Source of the DNA: Pampinifervens diazotrophicum
GTDB taxonomy: Bacteria > Aquificota > Aquificia > Aquificales > Aquificaceae
Length of the DNA: 64,000 bases
Direction of reading: 5' to 3'
Assembly (NCBI RefSeq): GCF_033971325.1
Contig: NZ_CP117180.1
Span: forward strand, 66,041-130,040
The notes beneath the pieces were generated by a model, which saw only the letters and a list, made by a program, of their open reading frames with translations, was not told the DNA's origin and did no database searches. Of this stretch, positions 20,715 to 29,907 are shown piece by piece (within the stretch, counting starts at the first letter, position 1; every line of letters starts with the position of its first letter). The translations under genes and the position numbers were made by a program.

Positions 20715-21508
20715 GGGTGCACCTCCTTTTTATTTCTACTATAAAAATATGCAAGAGTAAAAGTCCCTATAACACCAAGTATACCAATGCCTGCAAATAT
20801 TAGCGTTGGGTCTATAACATACCTACTTCTCGTATGGTCATATCTATAGCATGCAAGTATAGCAAGGTCTACGATATTGTTAACAGAAGGCTTTTCTCTC
20901 TGAGCGTCCACAAAGGCAAGGCTTATGTCCTTGTCTCTAAGGAAAGCACCGTAGAGGTAACGCATGACCTTTCCATCTGGAGATAGGAATATGGTGACGT
21001 TTGGATGTATGAAGATTCTGTCCCTGTCTATGTAGTAGAACTTATAACCTACAGACTGGGTTATTTTCCTTATGTCTTCTTTGGAAAGCATTCCTACAAG
21101 CCAGTTATCGGGTAAGTTAGTCGTGCCAAAGTTCTTTTGCACAAAATCCTTCATGGTGTTAAGGTTATCCTTCTCGTCAAAGGAGAGAATCACATACCTG
21201 TAGTCTTTGGAGAGATTTTTTGATTGTTTATAGAGATTTTCCGCAGTTATGGGGCAAACCGTATCACAGGTATAATAGGCAAAGAGCAGAGCAGTGGGCT
21301 TGCCTTTTATGAATTCCTTGAGCTGAGTCTCCCCATTGAGGGTTTTTACCCTAACATCCGCAACTTCCTTACCGATGAACAACTCCTCTTGAATTTTTAC
21401 CACGCTAACGTCCTGCTCTCCATAATAGCTTGTATATCTACCATATTCGTAAGGCTCTCTTGCAAAAATCATAGAAAGAATCATCATGGAAAGCAAAAGC
21501 AGACTCAT
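20711..21508 (-). CDS. SCO1/SenC copper chaperone for CuA assembly
   Basis: Thioredoxin-like fold with the CDTVCP (CxxxCP) motif. Encoded between coxB and coxC. Confidence 0.78.
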   Translation of the reverse strand: MSLLLLSMMILSMIFAREPYEYGRYTSYYGEQDVSVVKIQEELFIGKEVADVRVKTLNGETQLKEFIKGKPTALLFAYYTCDTVCPITAENLYKQSKNLSKDYRYVILSFDEKDNLNTMKDFVQKNFGTTNLPDNWLVGMLSKEDIRKITQSVGYKFYYIDRDRIFIHPNVTIFLSPDGKVMRYLYGAFLRDKDISLAFVDAQREKPSVNNIVDLAILACYRYDHTRSRYVIDPTLIFAGIGILGVIGTFTLAYFYSRNKKEVHP

Positions 21509-22287
21509 GCTAAGCTACCGATAAGATATGCACTGCTTGCCACGAGAAGCCACATGATGTCCACAAAATGCCAATACATGGTTATGGCTTTGATGTAAGT
21601 ATGACCCTTGTGTTCGTTCGCTTTACCACTTAGGAGCAAAAATACCGCAACCAGCATAGTAAGTAGACCAACCACTATGTGAGAAGTGTGTATACCAGTA
21701 AGCATATAAAAGCCAGTACCATACATGTTGGAGCTTAGGGTAAAGCCTTCATGCCATAGATGTAGCCACTCCATAATGTGTATGACCATAAAGGCAGAGC
21801 CCAAAGCTATTGTAAGTAAAACGAAGATAGCGGATAGCCCATTCTTACCCTTCTCAAAAAACTTCTCTGCAAGGGCTATTGTGGCACTTGAAGCCCAGAG
21901 GATAAAGGTAAGTATTACGGGTATTGTTAGGTTCATACCCTTTGGAACCCACTGGGACCATACATCTGCATGGGTCACCCTTGCCATGTAAAACCCAGCA
22001 AAGATCGTCCCGAATATAACTACCTCAGACACTATGAAAAACATCATGGCAGGCATACCAAGCCCTTCTTCGTGACCCTTGGAGAAGAACTCATGAACCC
22101 AGCCAGCTATACCAAGCACAAAAAGGACAAGACTTACACCCCCAAAGATAAGAGCCAACATGGGCTTTTGCCAAACGAAAAAGGCTATAAAGGTAAGAGG
22201 GACAAGAAGCACTGCAAGACCCACAGGCAGGGGCCAGTAGCTATACTCGTGCTCTCCTAAATGGTGGTGCACCTCGTGCTGTGCCAT
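21505..22287 (-). CDS. coxC: Cytochrome c oxidase subunit III
   Basis: 260 aa, 7 TM helices, typical subunit III layout. Encoded in the cox operon. Confidence 0.85.
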   Translation of the reverse strand: MAQHEVHHHLGEHEYSYWPLPVGLAVLLVPLTFIAFFVWQKPMLALIFGGVSLVLFVLGIAGWVHEFFSKGHEEGLGMPAMMFFIVSEVVIFGTIFAGFYMARVTHADVWSQWVPKGMNLTIPVILTFILWASSATIALAEKFFEKGKNGLSAIFVLLTIALGSAFMVIHIMEWLHLWHEGFTLSSNMYGTGFYMLTGIHTSHIVVGLLTMLVAVFLLLSGKANEHKGHTYIKAITMYWHFVDIMWLLVASSAYLIGSLA

Positions 22288-22392
22288 TATTTACCTCCTC
22301 TTATGCTTCATAAGAATAAGAAGAAAATTTAATAATTCTGGAGGGGTGAAATCAATAAACAACTGCTTATATGATTATAAGAAAAATTTATA

Positions 22393-23292
22393 CTATTTGA
22401 GCGTCATCTCCTTTATCTTCTCCCTTTCCTCTTTCCAGCTTAGCTTCCTTTGAATGCTTAGTTTTAAGCTCTTGACCTCATGCCAAGGAAGTTCAATGTA
22501 AGTGGGGACTCCATATACTAGAGCATTCCTTGCCTGATAGGACAATACTCTGACTATTTTAGAGGACTCTCCATTGGGCAATTCTGCATCTACTATGATA
22601 TATAGCTTGGGGTCTCCTTGGTCGGCGGTGGGGAGGTTGTGAGGAATTCCTATGTTGGTTACTTTTAACCTGAGGTTCTCTTCCCTTTCCAGCTCAATTT
22701 TTATGTCTTCTGATTTTGCTATGCCTACTGGAAAGCTGTGGTCATGTCTTGGCTTTTTACTGTGGAAGTATTCAAAGGGAAACTTCTGGACAAGCCTTTT
22801 ATCTCCCATAGAGGGCATATGGCAATCCTGACAGGACTTTTGAACCTTCGTCAAATGCCATTCTTTGTATGTTTCCTGATGGCATCCAGCACAGAAAAAG
22901 GATTTCGTATAGTTAAAGTCTTGCTTTGAAGGATGGGGTGGAGACCATACCTTGTGTGGTCCGTGCATGGCTTTTGTTTGTTCCTTAAAGTGGCATGCGA
23001 CACAAGAAACTCCATCTTCTCTAAACTCAACTCTAAGTGATGGTTTTATTTCTGGGTCAACCTGATGTGGAGCATGACAGGAGAGACATTTTGTCTTGGT
23101 GTATTCCTCACTTTCAAGCTTGAACTTTTCGCTCTTCCACGCCATAGCATGCCTACTCTTTTCCCACTCCTTGAATATCTCCGCATGGCAGTCGGAACAC
23201 CGTTTCGCTTGTGGCCTTTCAAGCAAGTCCTTTTCCACAAACACATCTCCACAGGAGCTTATAAAGGCAAAGAGGACAAAAAGAATTATCAT
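22393..23292 (-). CDS. Pentaheme c-type cytochrome, probable lipoprotein
   Basis: Five CxxCH motifs (CSDCH, CLSCH, CVACH, CAGCH, CQDCH). Signal peptide with lipobox-like ISSC. Confidence 0.8.
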   Translation of the reverse strand: MIILFVLFAFISSCGDVFVEKDLLERPQAKRCSDCHAEIFKEWEKSRHAMAWKSEKFKLESEEYTKTKCLSCHAPHQVDPEIKPSLRVEFREDGVSCVACHFKEQTKAMHGPHKVWSPPHPSKQDFNYTKSFFCAGCHQETYKEWHLTKVQKSCQDCHMPSMGDKRLVQKFPFEYFHSKKPRHDHSFPVGIAKSEDIKIELEREENLRLKVTNIGIPHNLPTADQGDPKLYIIVDAELPNGESSKIVRVLSYQARNALVYGVPTYIELPWHEVKSLKLSIQRKLSWKEEREKIKEMTLK

Positions 23293-23309
23293 TTTTCCCT
23301 CCTTGGATA

Positions 23310-23315
23310 TATAAT
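23310..23315 (+). promoter_or_regulatory. TATAAT -10-like hexamer 12 nt upstream of the tRNA-Phe 5' end
   Basis: Exact tataat in an AT-rich divergent intergenic region. The -35 element is not obvious. Confidence 0.3.
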
Positions 23316-23327
23316 ATTATCTTCATA

Positions 23328-23400
23328 GGCCCGGTAGCTCAGTTGGTAGAGCACCCGGCTGAAAACCGGGGTGTCGGCGGTTCGAATCCGCCCTGGGCCA
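23328..23400 (+). tRNA. tRNA-Phe (anticodon GAA)
   Basis: 73-nt cloverleaf by hand folding: acceptor GGCCCGG/CTGGGCC, D-arm GCTCAGTTGGTAGAGC, anticodon stem CCCGG/CCGGG with loop CTGAAAA, T-arm GGCGGTTCGAATCCGCC. The CCA tail is not encoded. Confidence 0.9.
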
Positions 23401-24352
23401 CTTTCAAAAGCTCAACCCTTATCCTGTAGTCTATGAGTATATCCAAGGGTTTGCTTTTGAGTGTGGGGTCAAGAAAGGGTATGGCATAGGGAGAGGTGCT
23501 TAGCTTTCTTTTCTCTTCTTCTGATAGGCTCTCCTCACACAGAAGGCAGGCTTTTGTTCCACCTCTTTTCCTTCCCACACTTTTAGTGGTGCGTATTCTA
23601 AAGCCGAGCTCCTTTAAGGCTTTTCTCACAGGCAGTGATGAGGTGTAAGAGACCCAAACGCCCTCTGGGCTGATAAGCCTCTTTATCTGAGACAGAAAGT
23701 CAAAGGTCCAAAGCTCGGGGTTTCTGTAGGGAGAAAAGCCATCGTGAAAAACCGCATGTGCAGAAAACTCAGAAATCTCTAATATGCTTTGCCTTGCATC
23801 TCCAAGGTATAGCCTAAAGCGTATGCCATCCCTTTCAAACTCTGGAAGACTGTCCCACAGAAGCCTGTGATACTTGGTAAACTCCTCTGGGAGGGGTGGG
23901 AGGCTTTGAGGAAGTTCTCTTTCAAAGGAAAGAACCTTTATTTCCACAGATGGGTTTATGTCTTTTAACCTCTTTATGGCTACTGCCACGTTGTAGCCAA
24001 GTCCAAAGCCTATGTCAAGAATACGAACCTTTTTGAGGTTTTCTGCCCTTTGCAGTAGACCAGAGGGCTCAAGGAACTTTTCAAGACATTCTCTAACAGC
24101 ACCTGCGGATATGCTATGGTAGGGCTCTCCATATAGAGGGTGAACAAGCGTATAGTCACCAGAACTGGTCTGAACTACACCCTTTTCCTCAACAGAGGGC
24201 TGTAGCCAAGCCTTTAGCTCAAGGACTATGTGCCTTATGTTATCCTGAGATAGACCAACTGCCCTTAGTCTTATACGCTCCTCTAAGAGGTCATTCAGAT
24301 CCACAGTATAAAATTTAAGGTAAGCATGCGAGGTTTTGAATGGACGCCTCAC
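23339..24352 (-). CDS. tRNA mnm5s2U34 methyltransferase-like protein (MnmC methyltransferase domain/DUF752-like). The ORF's last 19 codons run antisense through tRNA-Phe
   Basis: SAM-dependent methyltransferase motif (ILDIGFGLGYN) plus a DUF752-like region. The stop lies at 23339-23341, inside the tRNA gene on the opposite strand. Confidence 0.55.
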   Translation of the reverse strand: MRRPFKTSHAYLKFYTVDLNDLLEERIRLRAVGLSQDNIRHIVLELKAWLQPSVEEKGVVQTSSGDYTLVHPLYGEPYHSISAGAVRECLEKFLEPSGLLQRAENLKKVRILDIGFGLGYNVAVAIKRLKDINPSVEIKVLSFERELPQSLPPLPEEFTKYHRLLWDSLPEFERDGIRFRLYLGDARQSILEISEFSAHAVFHDGFSPYRNPELWTFDFLSQIKRLISPEGVWVSYTSSLPVRKALKELGFRIRTTKSVGRKRGGTKACLLCEESLSEEEKRKLSTSPYAIPFLDPTLKSKPLDILIDYRIRVELLKVAQGGFEPPTPRFSAGCSTN

Positions 24353-25654
24353 AGAATACTCCTCGTTTCCTACCTTGGGGTCATACTCGTTGGGTCTTTC
24401 CTCTTATACCTTCCACCTTCTACCACAAGAGATATAAGCTATCTTGATGCTCTGTTTACCGCAACCTCAGCTACTACGGTCACAGGACTTGTTGTTTTAG
24501 ATACAGAAAAGGATTTCACCCTTTCGGGAAAGTTCATTATCTTTCTTCTCGTACAGCTTGGTGGGTTAGGTTATATGACCTTTACTACCTACTTTCTCAT
24601 AGCACTAAGGAAAAAATTAGGGTTGAGGGAGAGGCTTATATTAGCCGAATCCTTTAACTATCCTGGTATGCACGGGCTTGTAAGGTTTGTAAAGAGGATG
24701 ATTCCTGTAGTTTTCCTCATTGAATTTCTTGGTGCTCTTGCCCTGTTTCCTTCCTTTCTTTTTAAACTAAAAGACCCTGTGGATGCTCTCTTTGCCAGTG
24801 TTTTTCATGCCATTTCCGCCTTTAACAACGCTGGCTTTTCTACTTTCTCGGAAAACCTTATGAGCTTTAGGAGAGACCTCTGGGTCAATATGGTAATAAG
24901 CCTTCTTATTGTAATTGGAGGTATAGGCTTTTATACTATCTATGAGCTAATACTTTACAAAAAAGGAGAGGTCAAAAGACTCTCCACCCACACAAAGCTC
25001 GTCTTTTTATCCTCCACAGTGCTTATAGTCCTTGGGTTTATGGTGCTCCTTTTTGATATATGGAGGTTTAAAGATTTACCGATGGAGGAGAAAATATTGG
25101 CAAGTTTGTTTCGTAGCATATCTGCAAGGACTGCAGGCTTTAACACCATAGACATAAGCAAACTGTCGGAAGCTTCCCAGTTTGTGCTTGTAAACTTAAT
25201 GTTCGTGGGTGCATCACCCGGTGGGACAGGAGGTGGTATAAAGACCATAACCGCAGTGGTTGTATTTCTTGCTGTTCTCTCTTACGTTAGGGGTAGACCA
25301 GATGTGGTGGTCTTTGGTAGGAGGCTTATAGATGCACAGGTGCACAGGGCGATGGTGGTGCTCAGTCTTGCCTTTGCTTACAACACCTTAATGGCAACAC
25401 TTTTGGCTGAGCTTGAAAACATAAGGCTTCTCCCAGCTCTTTTTGAGACGGTTTCTGCCTTCTCCACCGTTGGGTTTTCCCTCGGTAATCCCAAGGGACT
25501 TAGTCTCTCCGCAGACTTTTCACCGCTTGGTAAATTCCTTATAATTCTAACCATGATAGCAGGAAGGGTGGGCGTGCTTGGCTTTATGCTTGCACTTGTT
25601 GGTAAAGAAAAGCCAAGTCATGTGAAACTTCCCGAGACGAGGCTCTTGCTATGA
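24326..25654 (+). CDS. trkH: Trk/Ktr-type potassium uptake membrane subunit
   Basis: 442 aa, multiple TM helices with repeated pore-loop (GxG-like) regions. Confidence 0.85.
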   Translation: MRGFEWTPHRILLVSYLGVILVGSFLLYLPPSTTRDISYLDALFTATSATTVTGLVVLDTEKDFTLSGKFIIFLLVQLGGLGYMTFTTYFLIALRKKLGLRERLILAESFNYPGMHGLVRFVKRMIPVVFLIEFLGALALFPSFLFKLKDPVDALFASVFHAISAFNNAGFSTFSENLMSFRRDLWVNMVISLLIVIGGIGFYTIYELILYKKGEVKRLSTHTKLVFLSSTVLIVLGFMVLLFDIWRFKDLPMEEKILASLFRSISARTAGFNTIDISKLSEASQFVLVNLMFVGASPGGTGGGIKTITAVVVFLAVLSYVRGRPDVVVFGRRLIDAQVHRAMVVLSLAFAYNTLMATLLAELENIRLLPALFETVSAFSTVGFSLGNPKGLSLSADFSPLGKFLIILTMIAGRVGVLGFMLALVGKEKPSHVKLPETRLLL

Positions 25655-26292
25655 AAAAGGTCTTTGGAGTTATAGGGCTCGGTAGGTTTGGTTTTAATGT
25701 GGCAAAAACCCTTGCAGAAGGCGGTGCGGAAGTTATAGCTTGTGATATAGATGAGGAGAAAGTCAAACAAATATCGGAGCTTGTTCATCAAGCCTTTATA
25801 TTAGATGCAACCGATGAGAAAGCCCTCAAGGAGTCTGGTATTGCCAATGCAGACACGGTGATAGTGAGCATCGGAGAGAATATAGAAGCGAGCATATTGG
25901 TGGTAGTCCAGCTTATGGAGTTAGGAGTAAGGGAGATAATAGCCAAGGCGGTAAACCCTCTACATGGAAGAATACTTGAAAGGCTTGGAGTAAGCAGAGT
26001 TATACACCCTGAAAGGGATATGGCTGTAAGACTTGCCCATTCCCTTCTTGTGGGCGGGTTTATAGAGGAGATACCCATAGCGGAAAACTACAGTATATTT
26101 GAGATGAAACCTCCACAGAGATTGCATAACAAAAGCCTTAGAGAGCTTGACTTAAGAAGAAAATACGACATGACAGTCCTCGCCATAAAGAGAGGAGACA
26201 AGTTCATAGTAAACCCATCAGCGGAAGAGGTGATAGCTCAAGACGACATTTCAGTGGTGTTAGGCAGAAGAAAAAAGATAGGAGTTTTATGA
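25651..26292 (+). CDS. trkA: Trk/Ktr K+ uptake regulatory subunit (RCK N and C domains)
   Basis: GVIGLGRFGFNVAKTL Rossmann (TrkA-N) followed by a TrkA-C domain. Its start overlaps the trkH stop. Confidence 0.85.
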   Translation: MKKVFGVIGLGRFGFNVAKTLAEGGAEVIACDIDEEKVKQISELVHQAFILDATDEKALKESGIANADTVIVSIGENIEASILVVVQLMELGVREIIAKAVNPLHGRILERLGVSRVIHPERDMAVRLAHSLLVGGFIEEIPIAENYSIFEMKPPQRLHNKSLRELDLRRKYDMTVLAIKRGDKFIVNPSAEEVIAQDDISVVLGRRKKIGVL

Positions 26293-26305
26293 TAATATAA
26301 CAAGC

Positions 26306-27412
26306 ATGAAAAAAGTTCTCATGGCTCTTCCTTTTATTTTTGGTGCGGTGTTAGTGCTTTATTTTGCGGTAAGGGTAAATAAAGAAAATTATGCGGTGGT
26401 TAAAGAAGAGGAGGTTAAAACCCTTGTGTATGGCTCTGGCTATGCAAAAGCGGAAAACTACGTGGTAGTAAGGGCGGAGGTCTCTGGCTACATAAAAGAA
26501 GTCTTCGTAAAAGAGGGGGATTTTGTAAGAAAAGGACAACCCCTCACCACTATTGATTCAAAAACCATAGACGCAAGCATAAAAGAAGTGTCCGAGAGGA
26601 TAAACCTTGTGCGTGAAAGGTTAAGAGAAGGCTCTCCATACCTAAAAAGCCTTGAAAGTGGTATTGAATCTGCAAGGATAAACATGGAAAACAGCAAAAG
26701 CCTTTTTGAAAGAAGAGAAAGGCTTTTCTCTCAGGGTCTTATACCAAAAGAAGCATACGAGCAGAGTAAAACTCAGTATGAGGTAAGCAGGAGAGAATAT
26801 GAAAGATTAAAGAGCAACTATCAGGATGTCATAGTTTCTCTTAGGTCTGAGGAAAGGGTGCTGTTGGCGGAAAGGGAAAAACTATTGAGAGAAAAGGAAA
26901 AGTATGTTATAAGAAGCCCTGTAGAGGGATATGTCCTCAAAAAGTTTGTAAACCCAGGGGACTACATAAACCACATGAGCCAAGAAAACAGGCTTTTCTC
27001 AGTAGGCTCAAAAGGTTGGGAGGTTTGGCTTGAGGTGGACGAAGAGTATGCAGGCATGCTAAGGGAGGGACAAAGGGTTATCCTTAGAGTAGACGCTTAC
27101 CCTAATGAGAGGTTTGAGGGGAAAGTCCTTCAAGTAATAAGGGAAGTGGACAGAAATAGAAAACTTATTACTGTGAAAGTTTATGCTGAGCTACCTGAAG
27201 GCCTTCCCAACGGCTCAACGGTGGACGGTCAGATAGAAGTAGAAAGCAAGAAAGCAGTCCTTATCCCAGCAAGTGCTTACCAAGATGGTCATGTGCTTTT
27301 GTATGATGGTGTTAGAAGAGTCAAAGTCCCTGTAAAGGTTGGCAGAAGATACGGAGAATATCTTGAAGTCTTGGAGGGGCTAAAGCCCGGAGACAAAGTA
27401 GTAATGCCATGA
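26306..27412 (+). CDS. HlyD/MacA-type membrane fusion protein
   Basis: N-terminal TM, long coiled-coil, lipoyl/beta-barrel regions typical of periplasmic adaptor proteins. Confidence 0.78.
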   Translation: MKKVLMALPFIFGAVLVLYFAVRVNKENYAVVKEEEVKTLVYGSGYAKAENYVVVRAEVSGYIKEVFVKEGDFVRKGQPLTTIDSKTIDASIKEVSERINLVRERLREGSPYLKSLESGIESARINMENSKSLFERRERLFSQGLIPKEAYEQSKTQYEVSRREYERLKSNYQDVIVSLRSEERVLLAEREKLLREKEKYVIRSPVEGYVLKKFVNPGDYINHMSQENRLFSVGSKGWEVWLEVDEEYAGMLREGQRVILRVDAYPNERFEGKVLQVIREVDRNRKLITVKVYAELPEGLPNGSTVDGQIEVESKKAVLIPASAYQDGHVLLYDGVRRVKVPVKVGRRYGEYLEVLEGLKPGDKVVMP

Positions 27413-28629
27413 CGCATGTGCTTTTTGTGGCTTTTAATCTTCTACTTCAGAGGAAAAGGCAGACCCTCGTTTCTGTGCTTGGCGTTTCCATAGGTGTCTC
27501 TGCCTTTATAGTTATGAGTTCTCTCATGCTTGGCTTTCAAAACTACTTTATACAACAAGTGATAGACCTTGAGCCACACATAAAGATAAAGCCAAGAGAA
27601 GAGACACAGCAGGTAGAAGCCAAGGCAGTTTTACTTGGAGAAAAGCCAAAGGAAAAGGACAGGATACTGGGCTGGCAGGATATAGTGCAGGAGGTAGAAA
27701 AACATCCAGAGGTCTTAGGTGTATCACCAAGACTTGTAAGCAGAGGCATCCTAAAGTATGGAGTAAAGGACAAGCCAGTAACCCTTTTGGGCATTGACCC
27801 TCAGAGAGAGCCAAAGGCATCCATAATAGAGAAGTTTTTGGTGCATAAAAACCTACACAGACTGGAGACAAACAGAACGGGAGTTATCATAGGAGTCCTC
27901 GTGGCAAAAAGTCTTGGTATAAAGGAGCTTGGCAAAAAACTTCTCTTAGTGGCACCCAACGGACAGACTCTTTTAGTTACAGTAGAGGACTTTTTTGAAT
28001 CTGGCATAACCAACATAGATGACGCAAGGGTATACATAAACATAAAGACCCTACAGAGCCTTTTGGAAAAGCAAGGGGAGGTCAACGAAATAGTGATAAA
28101 AATAGTAGATGTAAACCATGCGGAAAAACTCTCAAGAGAACTCCAAGAGTCTATACCCTACGAGGTAGAAAGCTGGCAGAGGGCATACAGGAACTTCCTA
28201 AGCATCTTCAAAATACAAAACACTATAACCTACATGATAGTCTTTGCCATATTGACCGTGTCCGCCTTTGGTATCTTTAACATAATAATGATGACAGTTT
28301 TGGAGAAGAAAAGGGACATCGCCATTCTGATGGCTATGGGTTTTTTGAGGAGAGATATCCTTTTTATCTTTATGGTAGAGGGCTTTGTAATAGGTATTCT
28401 TGGGGCTATAATTGGGTCTTTGCTGGGCTTTGGGCTTCAGGAATACCTTGAGTCCATAAGGCTTGATGTGGAGGGGCTTGTAAGGACAAAGGGCTTTGTG
28501 CTTGACAGAAGTCCCATATTTTATGTGTATGCCTTGGTCTTTTCTCTCTTCTTTTCCCTTCTGGCAAGCCTATACCCATCCTATAGGGCAAGTAGACTAA
28601 ACCCTGTGGACATCTTTAGAAGCCAATGA
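27409..28629 (+). CDS. ABC transporter permease, FtsX/MacB/LolE family
   Basis: 406 aa. One N-terminal TM, large periplasmic domain, C-terminal 3-TM FtsX domain. Confidence 0.8.
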   Translation: MTHVLFVAFNLLLQRKRQTLVSVLGVSIGVSAFIVMSSLMLGFQNYFIQQVIDLEPHIKIKPREETQQVEAKAVLLGEKPKEKDRILGWQDIVQEVEKHPEVLGVSPRLVSRGILKYGVKDKPVTLLGIDPQREPKASIIEKFLVHKNLHRLETNRTGVIIGVLVAKSLGIKELGKKLLLVAPNGQTLLVTVEDFFESGITNIDDARVYINIKTLQSLLEKQGEVNEIVIKIVDVNHAEKLSRELQESIPYEVESWQRAYRNFLSIFKIQNTITYMIVFAILTVSAFGIFNIIMMTVLEKKRDIAILMAMGFLRRDILFIFMVEGFVIGILGAIIGSLLGFGLQEYLESIRLDVEGLVRTKGFVLDRSPIFYVYALVFSLFFSLLASLYPSYRASRLNPVDIFRSQ

Positions 28630-29288
28630 GGATAATAGAGTTAAGAGGTGTAAAAAAGTCTATAGGTCAAGAACAGATACTTAAGGGCATAGACCTTGAG
28701 GTATACAGTGGAGAGTTTGTTGCCATAATAGGGGCAAGTGGCTCTGGAAAAAGCTCCATGCTTTACATTATGGGGCTTCTTGATAAACCTACAGAGGGAG
28801 AGGTCTTATTTGAGGGTCAAGTGGTTGACTTTTCCAACGAAAGAAAGCTATCAGAAATAAGAAACAGAAGGATAGGCTTTGTTTTTCAGTTTCATTATCT
28901 CCTTCCTGAGTTTACCCTTATGGAAAACGTCATACTACCTGCCATAAAGATGGGCATGGAAAGAAAGGAAGCGGAAGAGAGGGCTTATGAGCTTTTGAAG
29001 GCTTTGGGGCTTGGTGGAAAGGAAAGGAGAAGGATTTTTCAGATATCTGGCGGTGAGATGCAAAGGGTTGCCATAGCAAGGGCTCTTATAAACAAGCCTT
29101 CTGTAATACTTGCGGACGAGCCGACGGGAAACTTAGACAGCAAAAACACTCAAGCGGTTATGGAGATATTCAAGGAGATAAACTCTCAGGGCACTACCAT
29201 AGTGATGGTAACCCACGAGCTTGAATTGGCAGAGCAAGCTCATAGGATAATAGAGGTAAAGGATGGGCTTATTCTAAAATATTCTTGA
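28626..29288 (+). CDS. ABC transporter ATP-binding protein (MacB/LolD-type)
   Basis: Walker A GASGSGKSS, signature ISGGEMQRVAIARAL, Walker B ILADEPTGNLD. Confidence 0.88.
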   Translation: MRIIELRGVKKSIGQEQILKGIDLEVYSGEFVAIIGASGSGKSSMLYIMGLLDKPTEGEVLFEGQVVDFSNERKLSEIRNRRIGFVFQFHYLLPEFTLMENVILPAIKMGMERKEAEERAYELLKALGLGGKERRRIFQISGGEMQRVAIARALINKPSVILADEPTGNLDSKNTQAVMEIFKEINSQGTTIVMVTHELELAEQAHRIIEVKDGLILKYS

Positions 29289-29692
29289 GTAAGCAAGGTA
29301 AGGTGAGGTCAAGCATGAGAGGATTGATAGCTATGGCGGGATTGGTGTTTGTTGTGGGTTGCGGAGCGGTAGCAGACAGTCCAGAGGATGTAAGGTCAAT
29401 AGCAGGAGGCTTAGGCACAATAGCGGGAGAGGCTGCAGGAGACAGGGATAAGGGTGCTGCCCTTGGTAAAGCGACAGGAGAGGTAGCCTATGGCACTGCT
29501 AAATTGTCAAAACAATTAGAGCTATCAAGGGTAAAAACGATATTCTACTACGATGGCAACTATATGGAAATAGTGCCCACAGGTAAGCCCAGTGACAACT
29601 GTGTTTCTGTGGAGCTTTTTCACTACAACCTCAAGGGGGAGCTTGTAAAGAGAGAGCAAGCGATGGAGTGTTTTATGACTAAAGGGAAGTAG
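29285..29692 (+). CDS. Putative lipoprotein, last gene of the ABC efflux operon
   Basis: Lipobox LVFVVGC near the N-terminus. No recognisable domain. The real start may be the internal Met (MRGLIAMAGL) at about 29315. Confidence 0.45.
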   Translation: MSKQGKVRSSMRGLIAMAGLVFVVGCGAVADSPEDVRSIAGGLGTIAGEAAGDRDKGAALGKATGEVAYGTAKLSKQLELSRVKTIFYYDGNYMEIVPTGKPSDNCVSVELFHYNLKGELVKREQAMECFMTKGK

Positions 29693-29859
29693 GGTGAGCC
29701 GAGTTTGACCAGAGTGGTGCATTTATTCTAAAGCAGGTTCGTTAATTCTTGAAGGGGAAGTTTCAACTCCACACGGTAGATTAGCAACCCGATAATGCAA
29801 AATTCAGTGTGCCATTGTCAAGTTTAAATCTTTGAGAGACAAGGCTTTAAAGTACCCAT

Positions 29860-29907
29860 CATCAAAACATCAGAGCATCAAAGCATCTTGATGCCAAAAC
29901 ATCAAAG
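29860..29907. repeat. Six tandem 8-nt units of consensus CATCARAG, with an embedded inverted repeat GCATCAA-n6-TTGATGC
   Basis: Read directly: CATCAAAA CATCAGAG CATCAAAG CATCTTGA TGCCAAAA CATCAAAG. Lies inside a 509-nt ORF-free gap between convergent genes. Confidence 0.6.

Noticed and set aside
23401-24352. Genomic island integrated at tRNA-Phe
   Set aside because: The 3' flank of the tRNA is immediately housekeeping (mnmC-like, trkHA) with host-like composition. No direct repeat of the tRNA 3' end was seen downstream.
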